A stretch of DNA of 43,315 nt, taken from NCBI GenBank assembly GCA_012799265.1, contig JAAZLP010000073.1, positions 1 to 43,315 on the forward strand, written 5' to 3'. The position numbers were made by a program, and so were the translations under genes. The DNA is from Phyllobacteriaceae bacterium (GTDB taxonomy: Bacteria > Pseudomonadota > Alphaproteobacteria > Rhizobiales > Devosiaceae). Numbering within the stretch: position 1 is the stretch's first letter; the number at the start of each line of letters is the position of its first letter. Shown here piece after piece: positions 1 to 10,715 of the stretch. The notes below the pieces were generated by a model. The model saw only the letters and a list, made by a program, of their open reading frames with translations. It searched no databases and was not told the origin of the DNA.

Positions 1-498
1 CGCCTGATCGAAATCTGGACGTCGATCCCGGCCCCCTACCTGCTGCTCATCATCTCATCAGTGATTGCCCCCAGCTTCTGGGTGCTACTGGGGATATTGC
101 TGCTGTTTTCCTGGGTATCACTGGTGGGCATCGTGCGCGCCGAATTCCTGCGCGCCCGCAACTTTGAATATGTGAATGCGGCCCGGGCGCTTGGTGTCTC
201 CAACCGAACCATCATGTGGCGGCATCTCCTGCCCAATGCCATGGTGGCGACGCTTACCTTCATTCCGTTTATCCTGTCCGGCTCGGTCGCCACCCTCACC
301 TCACTCGATTTCCTGGGTTTCGGATTGCCGCCGGGATCGCCCTCCCTAGGTGAACTGCTGGCGCAAGGGAAAAGCAATCTTCAGGCGCCGTGGCTCGGGC
401 TGACCGGATTTTTCACCATCGCCATCATGATGACCTTGCTCGTCTTCATCGGCGAAGCGGTACGCGATGCCTTTGATCCGCGGAAGACCTTCCGATGA
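1..498 (+). CDS. yejE: Peptide (microcin C-type) ABC transporter permease, 5'-truncated by the window edge
   Basis: Frame is open from base 1 (RLIEIWTSIP...). Contains the EAA-type loop RAEFLRARNFEYVNAARALG and the YejE-like C-terminus SLDFLGFGLPPGSPSLGELLAQGK...GEAVRDAFDPRK. ATGA overlap with the next gene. Confidence 0.9.
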   Translation, partial: RLIEIWTSIPAPYLLLIISSVIAPSFWVLLGILLLFSWVSLVGIVRAEFLRARNFEYVNAARALGVSNRTIMWRHLLPNAMVATLTFIPFILSGSVATLTSLDFLGFGLPPGSPSLGELLAQGKSNLQAPWLGLTGFFTIAIMMTLLVFIGEAVRDAFDPRKTFR

Positions 499-2117
499 CC
501 GCGCCCTTGCTCTCCGTCCGTGATCTCTCTGTTCACTTTGGCGTCTTTACAGCCGTTAAGGGCGTGTCCTTCGACATAGCGCCGGGCGAGACGCTGGCGT
601 TGGTCGGGGAAAGCGGCTCGGGCAAGTCGGTTACGGCGCTTTCGGTACTGAAACTGCAACCGGCGTCGGCGACGATCACCGGTTCTATCCGCTTCGACGG
701 AAACGAACTGGTTGGCGCTTCCGACGCCGAATTGCGTGCGGTGCGCGGCAATGAAGTCGGGATGATCTTCCAGGAGCCAATGAGCTCACTCAATCCGGTG
801 CACACGATCGGCAGGCAGATTGGCGAAGTGCTGGCCGTGCATCAGGGCATGCGGGCCACTGCCGCGCGGGCGCGAACCATTGAACTGCTCGACGCCGTTG
901 GCATCCCCGATCCGGCGAGCCGATTGGACGACTATCCGCACCAGCTATCCGGCGGACAGCGTCAGCGCGTCATGATCGCTATGGCCATTGCCAATAATCC
1001 GAAACTGCTGATTGCCGACGAGCCCACCACGGCCCTCGACGTGACCGTGCAGGCGCAAATCCTTGACCTGCTGAAGGACCTGCAGAAGCAGTTCGGCATG
1101 GCCGTCCTGTTCATCACCCATGACCTGGCGATCGTCAAAAAGATCGCGGACCGGGTTTGCGTCATGACGAACGGGGAGATTGTCGAGAGCGGACCGGTGG
1201 GCGAGATATTTGCCGATCCAAAGCACGACTACACCAAAAAACTCCTTGCTGCCGCTCCGAAAGGCAACCCACTTGTGCCGGCGGAAGACGCGCCTGCTGT
1301 AGCGGAAGTCGATGATCTCAAGGTCTGGTTCCCCATCAAACGCGGCATCCTCCGCCGCACCGTCGGACATATCCGCGCCGTCGACGGCGTCAGCCTTTCC
1401 ATCCGCAAAGGCGAAACCCTGGGCGTGGTGGGCGAGAGCGGCTCAGGCAAGTCATCGCTGGGCTATGCCCTCCTCCGTCTGATCCCCTCCAAAGGCCGGA
1501 TCGTGGTGCTTGGACAGGATGTGCAATCCCGCAGTTGGCGCGACCTACGTCCATTGCGAAAGCACATGCAGATCGTCTTCCAGGACCCCTTTGGCTCACT
1601 GAGCCCGCGTATGTCAGTCAGCCAGATCGTTGAAGAGGGTCTGCTGGTGCACCAACCCCAAGTGAGCGCGGAGGAACGCCTGAAGAAGGTCGCCGCAGCG
1701 CTTGAAGAAGTCGGGTTGGATGTTTCCACTGCCGCCCGCTACCCGCATGAATTCTCCGGCGGGCAGAGACAGCGCATAGCGATTGCCCGCGCTTTGGTGC
1801 TGGAGCCCGAGCTGGTTGTTCTCGATGAACCGACCTCGGCCCTCGACGTCTCCATTCAGGCTCAGGTAATCGACCTTCTACGCGCCGTGCAAGAGCGGCG
1901 CGGCCTCAGCTACCTTTTCATCAGTCATGACCTCAAGGTCGTTAGGGCGTTGGCGCACCGACTTATCGTCATGCGCCACGGCAAGGTGGTCGAAGAGGGC
2001 CTGGCGCGCGACGTCTTCGCAGCGCCCAAGGAAGATTATACCCGCCAACTGATGGCGGCAGCTTTTGATCTGGCCACAACAGAAGCCGGATTGCCGAATA
2101 CGAGACCGACCGACTAA
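495..2117 (+). CDS. yejF: Peptide ABC transporter ATP-binding protein with two fused NBDs
   Basis: Two Walker A motifs (GESGSGKS), two signature motifs (LSGGQRQR, FSGGQRQR) and two Walker B motifs (DEPT). Follows yejE. Confidence 0.9.
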   Translation: MTAPLLSVRDLSVHFGVFTAVKGVSFDIAPGETLALVGESGSGKSVTALSVLKLQPASATITGSIRFDGNELVGASDAELRAVRGNEVGMIFQEPMSSLNPVHTIGRQIGEVLAVHQGMRATAARARTIELLDAVGIPDPASRLDDYPHQLSGGQRQRVMIAMAIANNPKLLIADEPTTALDVTVQAQILDLLKDLQKQFGMAVLFITHDLAIVKKIADRVCVMTNGEIVESGPVGEIFADPKHDYTKKLLAAAPKGNPLVPAEDAPAVAEVDDLKVWFPIKRGILRRTVGHIRAVDGVSLSIRKGETLGVVGESGSGKSSLGYALLRLIPSKGRIVVLGQDVQSRSWRDLRPLRKHMQIVFQDPFGSLSPRMSVSQIVEEGLLVHQPQVSAEERLKKVAAALEEVGLDVSTAARYPHEFSGGQRQRIAIARALVLEPELVVLDEPTSALDVSIQAQVIDLLRAVQERRGLSYLFISHDLKVVRALAHRLIVMRHGKVVEEGLARDVFAAPKEDYTRQLMAAAFDLATTEAGLPNTRPTD

Positions 2118-2150
2118 CCTCACAACCAAGAACGACGAGGGAGCCGCACG

Positions 2151-4007
2151 ATGACACTTCCAAAGCTTTCAACGCTGGCCATCGCAGGCCTCCTAGCGCT
2201 GGGCCTTGCAGCCCCCGCGCAGGCCCAGACACCAAGCGGGGTGTGGAGCAATTCCTTCCAGCTCGAAGGCGAGCCGAAATATGGGCCCGATTATACCCAT
2301 TTCGACTACGTCAATGTCGATGCACCCAAAGGCGGAACCGTGCGGCTGGGGAGCCTTGGCGGTTTCGATACGTTCAACCCTATCCTGCCAAAGGGCGAGG
2401 TCGCGGACGGCATTGGGCTTCTCTTCGAAACCCTCCTCACCCCATCGCTCGATGAAGTGGGCACCTATTATGGCCACCTCGCCAAGGAGCTGATGGTCGC
2501 GCCCGACAATAGCGCGGTGACCTTCCGGCTTGATCCTGATGCACGCTGGCACGATGGCGAGCCGGTCACCGCCGAGGACGTCGTTTGGACCTTCAACGAA
2601 CTGATCGAGGTGAACCCGGACCGGGCCCAGTACTACGCAGATATCACATCGGTCGAAGTGACCGCGCCGGGTGAGGTTACCTTCTCCTTCAAAGGCACGG
2701 ACAACCGCGAGCTGCCGCTGATTCTGGGCCAGTTGCTTGTGTTGCCGCAGCATTGGTGGGAAGGCACCGACGCCAATGGCAAGCAACGCAATATCGGCGA
2801 ATCCACGCTGGAGCCGCCTCTCGGCTCGGGCCCCTATAAGCTCGCAAGCTTCGATGCTGGCCGCACCATCACCTATGAACGCGTGCCCGACTATTGGGGC
2901 GTCAACCACCCGACCCAGGGGGGTCAGAACAATTTCGATACCTACAAGATCGAATTCTTCCTCGACCTGACGGTGCAGTTTGAAGCCTTCAAGGGCGACC
3001 AGTTCGACTGGTGGAGTGAAAACCAGGCCCGCCGCTGGGCGACAGCCTATGACTTCCCGGCCGTTACTGAAGGCCGCGTCATCCAGGAACTGTTCCCACA
3101 AGACTACAATGGCTCGGGCATCATGGTCGGCTTCGTCATGAACCTGCGCCGCGACAAGTTCGCTGACCCGCTGGTGCGCGAGGCGCTCAACTATGCCTTC
3201 GACTTCGAAGAGCTGAGCAACACGCTTTTTTATGGCCAGTATGAGCGCATCGACAGCTTCTTCTTTGGTCTGCCGTTCAAGTCCTCTGGCCTGCCGGAAG
3301 GCGAGGAGCTGGACATCCTCGAAAGCGTGCGGGACCTTGTTCCCGAAAAGGTCTTTACCACGCCCTATACCAATCCGGTGAGCGGCGATCCGGGCAAGCT
3401 ACGCGCCAATCTGCGGACCGCCATGCAGCTCTTCAACGAGGCAGGCTACACGCTTGAGGGCAACCAGATGGTCGGCCCGGATGGTCAGCCCTTCACCTTT
3501 GAAATCCTGCTCAATGGCCCGACCATCGAGCCGGTGGCGCAAAACCTTGTGACCAACCTTGCCCAGATCGGCGTTGCGGCCACCATCCGCACCGTGGATA
3601 GCCCGCAATTCATCAACCGCGCCCGCAGCTTTGATTATGACATGATCTATTCGGGCTGGGCGCAGTCCTTCACGCCGGGCAATGAGCAGCGCTTCTTCTT
3701 TGCCAGCTCGACCGCTAATCAGGAAGGCGCGCAGAATTATTCGGGTCTCGCCGATCCGGGGGTCGATGCGCTCATTGAAAAGCTGATTGTGGCTGATGAT
3801 CGCGAAACGCAGGAAGCGGCCACCAAAGCGCTCGATCGCGTCCTGCTGGCACACCACATCATCATCCCGAGCTATTCGCTGCGCACCACCCGCTCAGCCC
3901 GCTGGGACCGTTTCAGCCGTCCTGACGAACTGCCGGAGTTTTCATCAGGTTTCCCGACGCTCTGGTGGTGGGATGAAGAAAAAGCGGCCAAGACTGGAGG
4001 CCTCTGA
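2151..4007 (+). CDS. Family 5 extracellular solute-binding protein, YejA-like
   Basis: Signal peptide ending AQA. YejA-type motifs GEPKY..DYTHFDYVNVDAPKGG, FDTFNP, PLGSGPY and REALNYAFDFE. RBS GAGGGAG. Confidence 0.88.
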   Translation: MTLPKLSTLAIAGLLALGLAAPAQAQTPSGVWSNSFQLEGEPKYGPDYTHFDYVNVDAPKGGTVRLGSLGGFDTFNPILPKGEVADGIGLLFETLLTPSLDEVGTYYGHLAKELMVAPDNSAVTFRLDPDARWHDGEPVTAEDVVWTFNELIEVNPDRAQYYADITSVEVTAPGEVTFSFKGTDNRELPLILGQLLVLPQHWWEGTDANGKQRNIGESTLEPPLGSGPYKLASFDAGRTITYERVPDYWGVNHPTQGGQNNFDTYKIEFFLDLTVQFEAFKGDQFDWWSENQARRWATAYDFPAVTEGRVIQELFPQDYNGSGIMVGFVMNLRRDKFADPLVREALNYAFDFEELSNTLFYGQYERIDSFFFGLPFKSSGLPEGEELDILESVRDLVPEKVFTTPYTNPVSGDPGKLRANLRTAMQLFNEAGYTLEGNQMVGPDGQPFTFEILLNGPTIEPVAQNLVTNLAQIGVAATIRTVDSPQFINRARSFDYDMIYSGWAQSFTPGNEQRFFFASSTANQEGAQNYSGLADPGVDALIEKLIVADDRETQEAATKALDRVLLAHHIIIPSYSLRTTRSARWDRFSRPDELPEFSSGFPTLWWWDEEKAAKTGGL

Positions 4008-4012
4008 CAAAC

Positions 4013-4040
4013 AAAGGGCGGCTTACGGGCCGCCCTTTTT
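4013..4040. terminator. Bidirectional intrinsic terminator
   Basis: AAAGGGCGGC-ttacgg-GCCGCCCTTTTT, a perfect 10-bp stem between convergent genes. Confidence 0.85.
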
Positions 4041-4065
4041 GCATCCGAAGCAACGGGATATCCTG

Positions 4066-7000
4066 CTAGTAATCCCGCTCGAAGAACACACCCAGGCTCG
4101 TATCGCCATTCTGGCCCGCCGTGCCTTTGACGGTCAGATCATCGGTAACATCGAGATTGATCGTCACCTTGGACTGGCCGTTCGCGCCAGCGGTGACACC
4201 CAGATAGATGTTTTCCTGCAGATAAGTCCCAGCCTGGACGCCGACATTGCCGGCATCATCGGTGACGATATCAAGATCGGCCAGACCTGCTGCACCGCGA
4301 AGGCTGTCAACCAGCCCGCCACCGCCGCCACCACCGACCAGTTCGGCTGCAGCCGCTGCGAGCTGTGCCAGCTGGATAGGCGAAAGCTCGCCCATGGAGC
4401 GCTTGAAGATGAGGCGGCTCAGCACTTCATCCTGCGGCAGCGCCGGGTTGGACGAGAAGGTGATGTCCGGCGCCGAAGCTCGGCCCGCAAGCGTGACGAA
4501 GACGGTGATTCCATCGCCGTCAGTGCGCGCGACAAAGTTGAGCTGCGGATCAAGGTCACCCATCAGGGTCACCGAACCGGTCTCGAAGGTGATGCGCTGA
4601 CCGAGGATCGAAAGGCGACCACGATTGAGCTGGAAGCCGCCGACCGGCTGGATATTGCTGATCGGACCAGTGAGACGGACAGAGCCGCCCACTTCCGCGT
4701 CAAGCCCACGGCCACGAATGAAGATCTGGTTGGGGGCGTTGACCGTGACATCGAGGTTAAGCGTCGACGACGAAGCCCCCGTGCTGGTGGTGCGCTCGTC
4801 GATCCGGGCACGATCCAATGTGCGCTGTACGTCTGCCGGTGTGGCGCGGTGCTTCACATCGATCAGCGCTGCCGCGCCGCCGAGGCTTTCCGGTACGGTG
4901 ATATTGGCGTTCTCGACAAAGAGATTGCCAGAAAGCAGCGAGGTCGTACCCAGGTTGCCGGTGAGCCCGAGATTGCCCGACACGGTCGCAACGATAAGGC
5001 TGCCATCGGCATAACGCGCGGAATTGAGCGCGAGGGTGAGATTGGCCGGGAAGCCGCCCGTGAGGCCAACGGTGCCGGAACCGGAAATGGTACCGCCAGT
5101 GGCCAGGCTCGCGCTCAGGCTTTCAACATTGGCTGTCGTGCCGTTGAGCGAGACGCGACCGGCAATGTCGGTCAACCGCAGATTGAGTTCGGGATCCACA
5201 TAGCCTGCGCCGGAAGTCGATACGGAGCCGCCGAATTGCGGACTGGTAAGACTGCCAGTGACGCGGGCGTCGAGATTGGCTGTGCCCGAAAGCTGGCCAC
5301 CGCGGTCAATAAGGAAGCGGTTGCCCAAGGCCAGGGGCGCAGAACCGGTGAGCGAGACAGACACGCCCGGGCCGGAAAGAGGAATGGTGCCGGAACCGGA
5401 GACCGCCAGGCCGCCACTGCCATTGGCTGAAAGGCTCGAAAGGGTCACCACATTGCCGGCATAGATACCGTTGGCGGCGAGCGAGAGCGGCGTAATGCCG
5501 AATTCGGCGATGGCGCTCGCACTGATGCCGGCGGCTTGGGCGTCAAAGGCGACGCGCGGATCGGAGGCCGAACCGGAGATCGTTGCGCGGCCGTTGACAG
5601 TGCCAGCCAGACCGAGATTGGGCACAATGGTATTGGCGATGGACAGCGGCAGGTCTGCAATATCGACGACCATATTGAGCGCATTGCCTGCGGTGCCCGT
5701 GGCCGTGATACTGCCGGAGCCGACATTGAAGCGGACCGCATCGAGCGCCACGCTATCGCCGCTGACCACCAGCGCGGTCGGATTCGCCAAGTTCGCCGAA
5801 AGCTGCCCCTGCACCAAGTTGGCGCGGTCAAGATCAAGGCGGAAACCATTGTCGAGCGGGCTCAGCGAACCGGCCACTTCGACCTTGGTGCCGATATTGA
5901 GCCCAGCGCGGGCCTCGAAATTCGTGGTTGTGCCAGAATTGGTGGCCCGCGCTTCTACGTTGTCGACCAGAAGACCGCTCGCAACAATCTTGCTGGCATT
6001 GGCCCGGCCATCAACAACGGGAACGCCGAAGAGATCGGCGATGCCCGCCGAAATATCGGCTTCGCCGACGCTGATGTCGTTGACCACTAGGCGTGAGGCT
6101 TTGGCAGAAACGGAAGCCGCCTGCTTGCCGTCCTGCGGCTGTAGCTGAACAGAGCCGTTGACCGAGCCTGAGGCATCCATCAGCGCCAGAGCTGCCGCCA
6201 GGGAAATATCCGGCGCTGCCACATCAAGACGACCATTGAGAAGCCCCGTCTCGACTGCACGAGTCACTGCACCTGTGATGCGTGTGCCGGCGATGTCAAA
6301 GGCCAGATCGCGCAGCGACTGCTGGGTGTCGTTGCTGGCAAAATGGCTCTTGAGAGAGGCCGCGTGGCCGCCAACCATGGCGGTGCCGCTGACGTCGCCG
6401 TCGAGCACACCAGAGAGCAGCGTCGCCGCCACGCCGAGCTTGGCGTCGCGCAGCGCATAGTCTCCCAATTGACCCTGTGGCACCTGGCCATCGAGCACCA
6501 GAACCAAGGGTTCTTCCGGGGCACTTGAGCGGGCAGAGCCACGCACGGTCAGCGCGCCGCTGGCTTCGGGAGAAATCAGGCCGAGATCAGCTAGATCGAG
6601 GGCGATGGTGAAATCGGACGTTTCGCTCGCAAAGCTGCCATCGGCGCCGAACTGCACCTGCGCATTGGCGAGACGGAAATCTTGGGCGGTAATACCGGCC
6701 TCAGTGCGGGCAAGACGGCCAGTCAGCTTCACCGCGCCTTCAAGCAGCGCGTCGGCCGTCGGATCATCGACGCGCAGGCTCGTGCCCGTTCCGTCAAAGG
6801 TGAGGTCAAAGCCACCGGAAAGCGGCATGATCTTGCCTTCAGCAGCAAGGCTGAGCGCGCCGCCCAACTGACGACCGGCCAGTCCGGAGAACGGTGAGAT
6901 ATTGGCTGTATCGAGCTGGATACGACCGTCGAAATCGGTGCCATCGATCAGGCCAGCGACGCTGGCCGTAAGCGCCTCGCCAACAATGCGCAGCTGCGCC

Positions 7001-8400
7001 AGTTCAACGGGCTGTCCGGCATTCCAGAGGCCGGCAATGCCAAGGCCAACACTTTCGCCGAGTGCTGCTTCAACGCCTTCATCAGCGGTGATACCGGAGA
7101 GAGCCCCGTCGCCGTTGAAGGTGACCATACGGGTCGCGGGATTGTCGATATCTCGCGCGATGCCATCAATGTCGAGGGCAAAGGTTTCAGCACGGAAGCC
7201 GTCGGTCTCGAAGCCGTTGACATCGACCAGAGCCTGCCAGGCTTCGCCGGTTGACGTGCCGAACTCGATGGCGATTTTTGCGCCGTCGACAAAGGTGGAG
7301 CTGCCCGGAACCGGCAAGGTAACGCGGTTGCCAGCGCGGTCGGCTATGCTTGCGGTGAGATCGAGGCGCGAGAGGAAATTGTCGGCAGTCGTGGACGCGT
7401 TGGCCCTCAGGACTAGCTGTCCACCGGACAGGGTGAAATTGGAGACTTCAAAGCCGCCAGCACTCTTGACGAGCGCATCGGCGCTAAGGCGGGTCTCGGC
7501 GCCGAAGAAGGCGCGATAAGGCTCGGCTACCAGGGTCGAAAGCGGCCCGCCCAGATCGGCGTCAACGACAAAACCCTCAGCCTGCTGGCTGATCTTTGCC
7601 GTGCCCGCCAAGGCCTCGCGATCGTTGGCGAGCAGGCGCATCTGGGTGTTGAGATCAGCAACCGGCCCTTCCCCGTCCAGCGTCAGGGTAACGGCGGGGC
7701 GTCCTTCGATATTGAGCAGGTTGGCAATGACGCCATTGGGCGGCTGGACCAGCGAGAGCCCTAGATCAATCGTATTGCCGTCGCGCCGATAGACAGCGTC
7801 GAGGTCAAGGGTGCCACCGGGGCCATCCAGACGCTCGATATCAAGGACGGCATCCAGATTGCCGCCTTCCAGCGTCATCGAGGCGGTCAGCGAAATCTCG
7901 GAGCCGAGACCAAAGACGCCTTCACCGAAGGTTACTTTCGGAACAGCCAGCTCGCCCAGCTGAATGGCGACTGGAAATTCCGGCACCTCGAACGAGCCTG
8001 CCTCGGGTGGGGGCAAGTCAACTGCGCTCTCCGCGGGAATGGCATTGCGGATGTAATCGATTGACTCGGCGCGCAGAGAATTGACTTCCAGACGGCCGGT
8101 GAAGAGCGCTGCCTGGTTCCAGTTGAGGCTGGCATTGTTCACTCGCAGCCAGACGCCTTCCTGGTCGGAGATGGTAATCTCGCGGATCGAGACATCTGAG
8201 CCCAGGATGCCATCAATATTGGAAAGCCTGATCTGCCGTTCAGGGGTCGACAGGCGATCCTGCACGAAGCTGGTAAGCCAATCCTTCTGCTCTTCGTTGT
8301 TCATATCCTGCGCGAACAGCGCAACGGGTACCGCAGCAGAAGCGAGCAACAGGGCGCCGATGGTAACGCGGCGGCGGGTCTTGGTCGAAAAACGCTGCAT
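4066..8400 (-). CDS. tamB: Translocation and assembly module subunit TamB
   Basis: 1444 aa, Gly/Ala/Leu-rich beta-taco-like repeats. C-terminal DUF490-like region (IFIRGRGLDAEVGG, LPQDEVLSRLIF, ...FFERDY). Directly downstream of tamA. Confidence 0.92.
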   Translation of the reverse strand: MQRFSTKTRRRVTIGALLLASAAVPVALFAQDMNNEEQKDWLTSFVQDRLSTPERQIRLSNIDGILGSDVSIREITISDQEGVWLRVNNASLNWNQAALFTGRLEVNSLRAESIDYIRNAIPAESAVDLPPPEAGSFEVPEFPVAIQLGELAVPKVTFGEGVFGLGSEISLTASMTLEGGNLDAVLDIERLDGPGGTLDLDAVYRRDGNTIDLGLSLVQPPNGVIANLLNIEGRPAVTLTLDGEGPVADLNTQMRLLANDREALAGTAKISQQAEGFVVDADLGGPLSTLVAEPYRAFFGAETRLSADALVKSAGGFEVSNFTLSGGQLVLRANASTTADNFLSRLDLTASIADRAGNRVTLPVPGSSTFVDGAKIAIEFGTSTGEAWQALVDVNGFETDGFRAETFALDIDGIARDIDNPATRMVTFNGDGALSGITADEGVEAALGESVGLGIAGLWNAGQPVELAQLRIVGEALTASVAGLIDGTDFDGRIQLDTANISPFSGLAGRQLGGALSLAAEGKIMPLSGGFDLTFDGTGTSLRVDDPTADALLEGAVKLTGRLARTEAGITAQDFRLANAQVQFGADGSFASETSDFTIALDLADLGLISPEASGALTVRGSARSSAPEEPLVLVLDGQVPQGQLGDYALRDAKLGVAATLLSGVLDGDVSGTAMVGGHAASLKSHFASNDTQQSLRDLAFDIAGTRITGAVTRAVETGLLNGRLDVAAPDISLAAALALMDASGSVNGSVQLQPQDGKQAASVSAKASRLVVNDISVGEADISAGIADLFGVPVVDGRANASKIVASGLLVDNVEARATNSGTTTNFEARAGLNIGTKVEVAGSLSPLDNGFRLDLDRANLVQGQLSANLANPTALVVSGDSVALDAVRFNVGSGSITATGTAGNALNMVVDIADLPLSIANTIVPNLGLAGTVNGRATISGSASDPRVAFDAQAAGISASAIAEFGITPLSLAANGIYAGNVVTLSSLSANGSGGLAVSGSGTIPLSGPGVSVSLTGSAPLALGNRFLIDRGGQLSGTANLDARVTGSLTSPQFGGSVSTSGAGYVDPELNLRLTDIAGRVSLNGTTANVESLSASLATGGTISGSGTVGLTGGFPANLTLALNSARYADGSLIVATVSGNLGLTGNLGTTSLLSGNLFVENANITVPESLGGAAALIDVKHRATPADVQRTLDRARIDERTTSTGASSSTLNLDVTVNAPNQIFIRGRGLDAEVGGSVRLTGPISNIQPVGGFQLNRGRLSILGQRITFETGSVTLMGDLDPQLNFVARTDGDGITVFVTLAGRASAPDITFSSNPALPQDEVLSRLIFKRSMGELSPIQLAQLAAAAAELVGGGGGGGLVDSLRGAAGLADLDIVTDDAGNVGVQAGTYLQENIYLGVTAGANGQSKVTINLDVTDDLTVKGTAGQNGDTSLGVFFERDY

Positions 8401-10340
8401 CAGAAGGACTGCCCGATACCGGCATAAATGGCGTAGTCGGGATCCCCTGCCCGCTTGTTGAGCGGCACTGCAACATCGAGGCGAATGGGACCGAGGCCCG
8501 TGTAATAGCGCACGCCGATACCCGCGCCGAGGCGGAGGTCTTCTATGCCCGGGAAGTGGTCGGCAGCGACATAGCCGCCGTCGATAAAGCCAACCACGCC
8601 GATCTCTTCAGTTACTTTGGCTCGAGCCTCGAGCGATGCTTCGAGGAGGTAGCGGCCACCGGTTACGACACCAGAGCCGTCGTCAACGCCGATGGACTTG
8701 AAGCCATAGCCGCGGACAGAACCGCCGCCGCCGGCAAAGAAGAGCTTGTCGGGCGGGGTTTGATCCAGCGAGGGCCCCACCACAGCGCCCGCCTTCACGC
8801 GGCCAGCCAGAACATAGGGATCGTTTTCGCCAAAGCCGAAATAGGTGCGGGCTTCGGCAGTGATGCGACCACCGGCATTGCCATAGACGAAGTCGTAGAA
8901 GGGCTCGATATTTCCGGCAGCAAACCAGCCTTCGGTTGGGTCGACCGTAGAATTGCGCCCGTCATAGATAACGCCGGCATAGAGGCCTGCGGTCGCGAAG
9001 TCTCGGGTGCCGAAATCGTCGTCGAAACGAGCGCGCTCGAAGCTGGCGCCGCCTTCAAAGGTGATCTCATCGGAGAAGAACCAGGTGGCACCGACGCGGG
9101 CAAGTGCCGACGTTTCCGTGAAGGTTGGATAGATCGTCCGCTCGGCCGAGATCGTGGCAACCAGATCAACGTCGGGATGATAAAAGCCCGGCTTGGTGAA
9201 GGTGCCGCCGATCAGATAATCGAACTGGGCGGTATCGACGGGGAAGGCGATGGAGGCCACGCGCGCGTCAAGCCGCAGGCGCTCGGCCTGACCGAACAGA
9301 TTGCGCCAGAGGTGATAGCCTTCGACGCCGAAGCCATCGATACTAGAATAGGTGGCACCAGCGCCAAAGCGGCGACCGGGCAACTCCTCCACCAGAAGTT
9401 CGTAGGGCAAAAGCCCATCGCTACCGATCGAATCCGCGGCCTGAAGGCGTGCCGCGCGAAAGACTTCAAGACGATCAAGACGCTTCTGCGCCCGCGCGAC
9501 ATCGTCGGGATCGTATTCCTGACCAACTTCGAGCCCCGTCTGTTGGGCAACAAAATCGGGGTTCATATTGGTGGTGCCGGCAACCGTGACAGGGCCAAAG
9601 GCGGCACGGCGGCCCGGATTGACCGTGATCAGGACATCAACGGTATTTGTCGCATGGTCTGCAACCACATCGCGCCCGGCAATCTCGGCCTTGGCATAGC
9701 CCTGCTGGCGCCAGGCTTCGAGCGCAAGCGCTTCGGCGCGCGTAATGACTGTCGACCTGGCGATTTCTCCAGCGCCAAAACCACGAAGAACGGGCAGATC
9801 GACCTGATCATCTGGGTCGTCCGTCGCTGGCGCCTGGTTAGCGATGCTGACATTGGCAAAGCGGAAAAGCGGACCGGTGGTGACTGAAATGGTTACGTCG
9901 ACCGGATCGGGCAGGTTAACGTCAGGCGCGATACTGGCAGCTTCGACACCGCCAATCCTGATGCTGACCGCGCCACCATAATGCCCCTCATTGTAGAGGG
10001 CGGCGAGCAGGCGCCTGTAATCACCCCGGGCCTTGGCGATAAGCCCGGCAGCGCCGGAGGCGGGATGACCCTGATCTGCCAGGAGAGCCGACGCATTGCG
10101 CAGTGCAGCCTCAATCGCGCCGCCTTCGCTTGAGGTGAAGGTGACGACATAAGGCTGCGGATCCACGATCACCGCGTCTTCATCGCGGTCCGCCTGATCC
10201 TCAAAAAACTTGAAACCAAAAATTCCGAACGCATAGGCAGGCGAAGGCGCAGCAGTTCCCACTGCCACTGCCAACACCATGCACAAGGCGCCAAAACTCA
10301 ATACACGACGCGCGCTTTGCAGTTGTCTATCCCCGCCCAT
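8400..10340 (-). CDS. tamA: Omp85-family autotransporter assembly protein TamA
   Basis: Signal peptide, POTRA-like region, barrel lid motif FFAGGGGSVRGY, and C-terminus GPIRLDVAVPL...YAGIGQSF. Confidence 0.92.
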   Translation of the reverse strand: MGGDRQLQSARRVLSFGALCMVLAVAVGTAAPSPAYAFGIFGFKFFEDQADRDEDAVIVDPQPYVVTFTSSEGGAIEAALRNASALLADQGHPASGAAGLIAKARGDYRRLLAALYNEGHYGGAVSIRIGGVEAASIAPDVNLPDPVDVTISVTTGPLFRFANVSIANQAPATDDPDDQVDLPVLRGFGAGEIARSTVITRAEALALEAWRQQGYAKAEIAGRDVVADHATNTVDVLITVNPGRRAAFGPVTVAGTTNMNPDFVAQQTGLEVGQEYDPDDVARAQKRLDRLEVFRAARLQAADSIGSDGLLPYELLVEELPGRRFGAGATYSSIDGFGVEGYHLWRNLFGQAERLRLDARVASIAFPVDTAQFDYLIGGTFTKPGFYHPDVDLVATISAERTIYPTFTETSALARVGATWFFSDEITFEGGASFERARFDDDFGTRDFATAGLYAGVIYDGRNSTVDPTEGWFAAGNIEPFYDFVYGNAGGRITAEARTYFGFGENDPYVLAGRVKAGAVVGPSLDQTPPDKLFFAGGGGSVRGYGFKSIGVDDGSGVVTGGRYLLEASLEARAKVTEEIGVVGFIDGGYVAADHFPGIEDLRLGAGIGVRYYTGLGPIRLDVAVPLNKRAGDPDYAIYAGIGQSF

Positions 10341-10715
10341 TTACGCTTCAACCAATACCGGGCTGATTGCGATAATTGCCGCACGGGCGGAAAGATTCCG
10401 TTAAGGGTCCACCCATCGCTTTGATTTCCCGTTGTGTTGGATCGGGATTTCGTGGCCAGTTTACGGCCAGCGCCGCGTGGGTGCCACCCTGACAGGCCAG
10501 ATTTGGCCCATCAGTGGTGGAAAGTGGCCATTGGGCAACGTCTGGTCGCGCGCCAACGCCTCAGCCAAAGTCTGGTCAACTACCTGGCATCGAGCCAAAC
10601 ACGTTGCCATCGTCCCGCCAGGTCTTGTTTTGGCCCGCCAATCTCTGGAAAGGTTGGCGAGGCGCGACCTCGCAATCACGCCTGATTCAAACACCGACAC
10701 CTACCAGGACCCAAT

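Noticed and set aside
3787-5430. 547-aa plus-strand ORF
   Set aside because: Antisense shadow of tamB with no recognisable motifs. Long shadow ORFs are expected in GC-rich coding DNA.
8556-9887. 443-aa plus-strand ORF
   Set aside because: Antisense shadow of tamA.
10641-10653. CTCTGGAAAG resembling part of a glycine riboswitch
   Set aside because: The other conserved aptamer elements (GCCGAAG, CTCAGG) are absent, and the downstream gene is not glycine-related.
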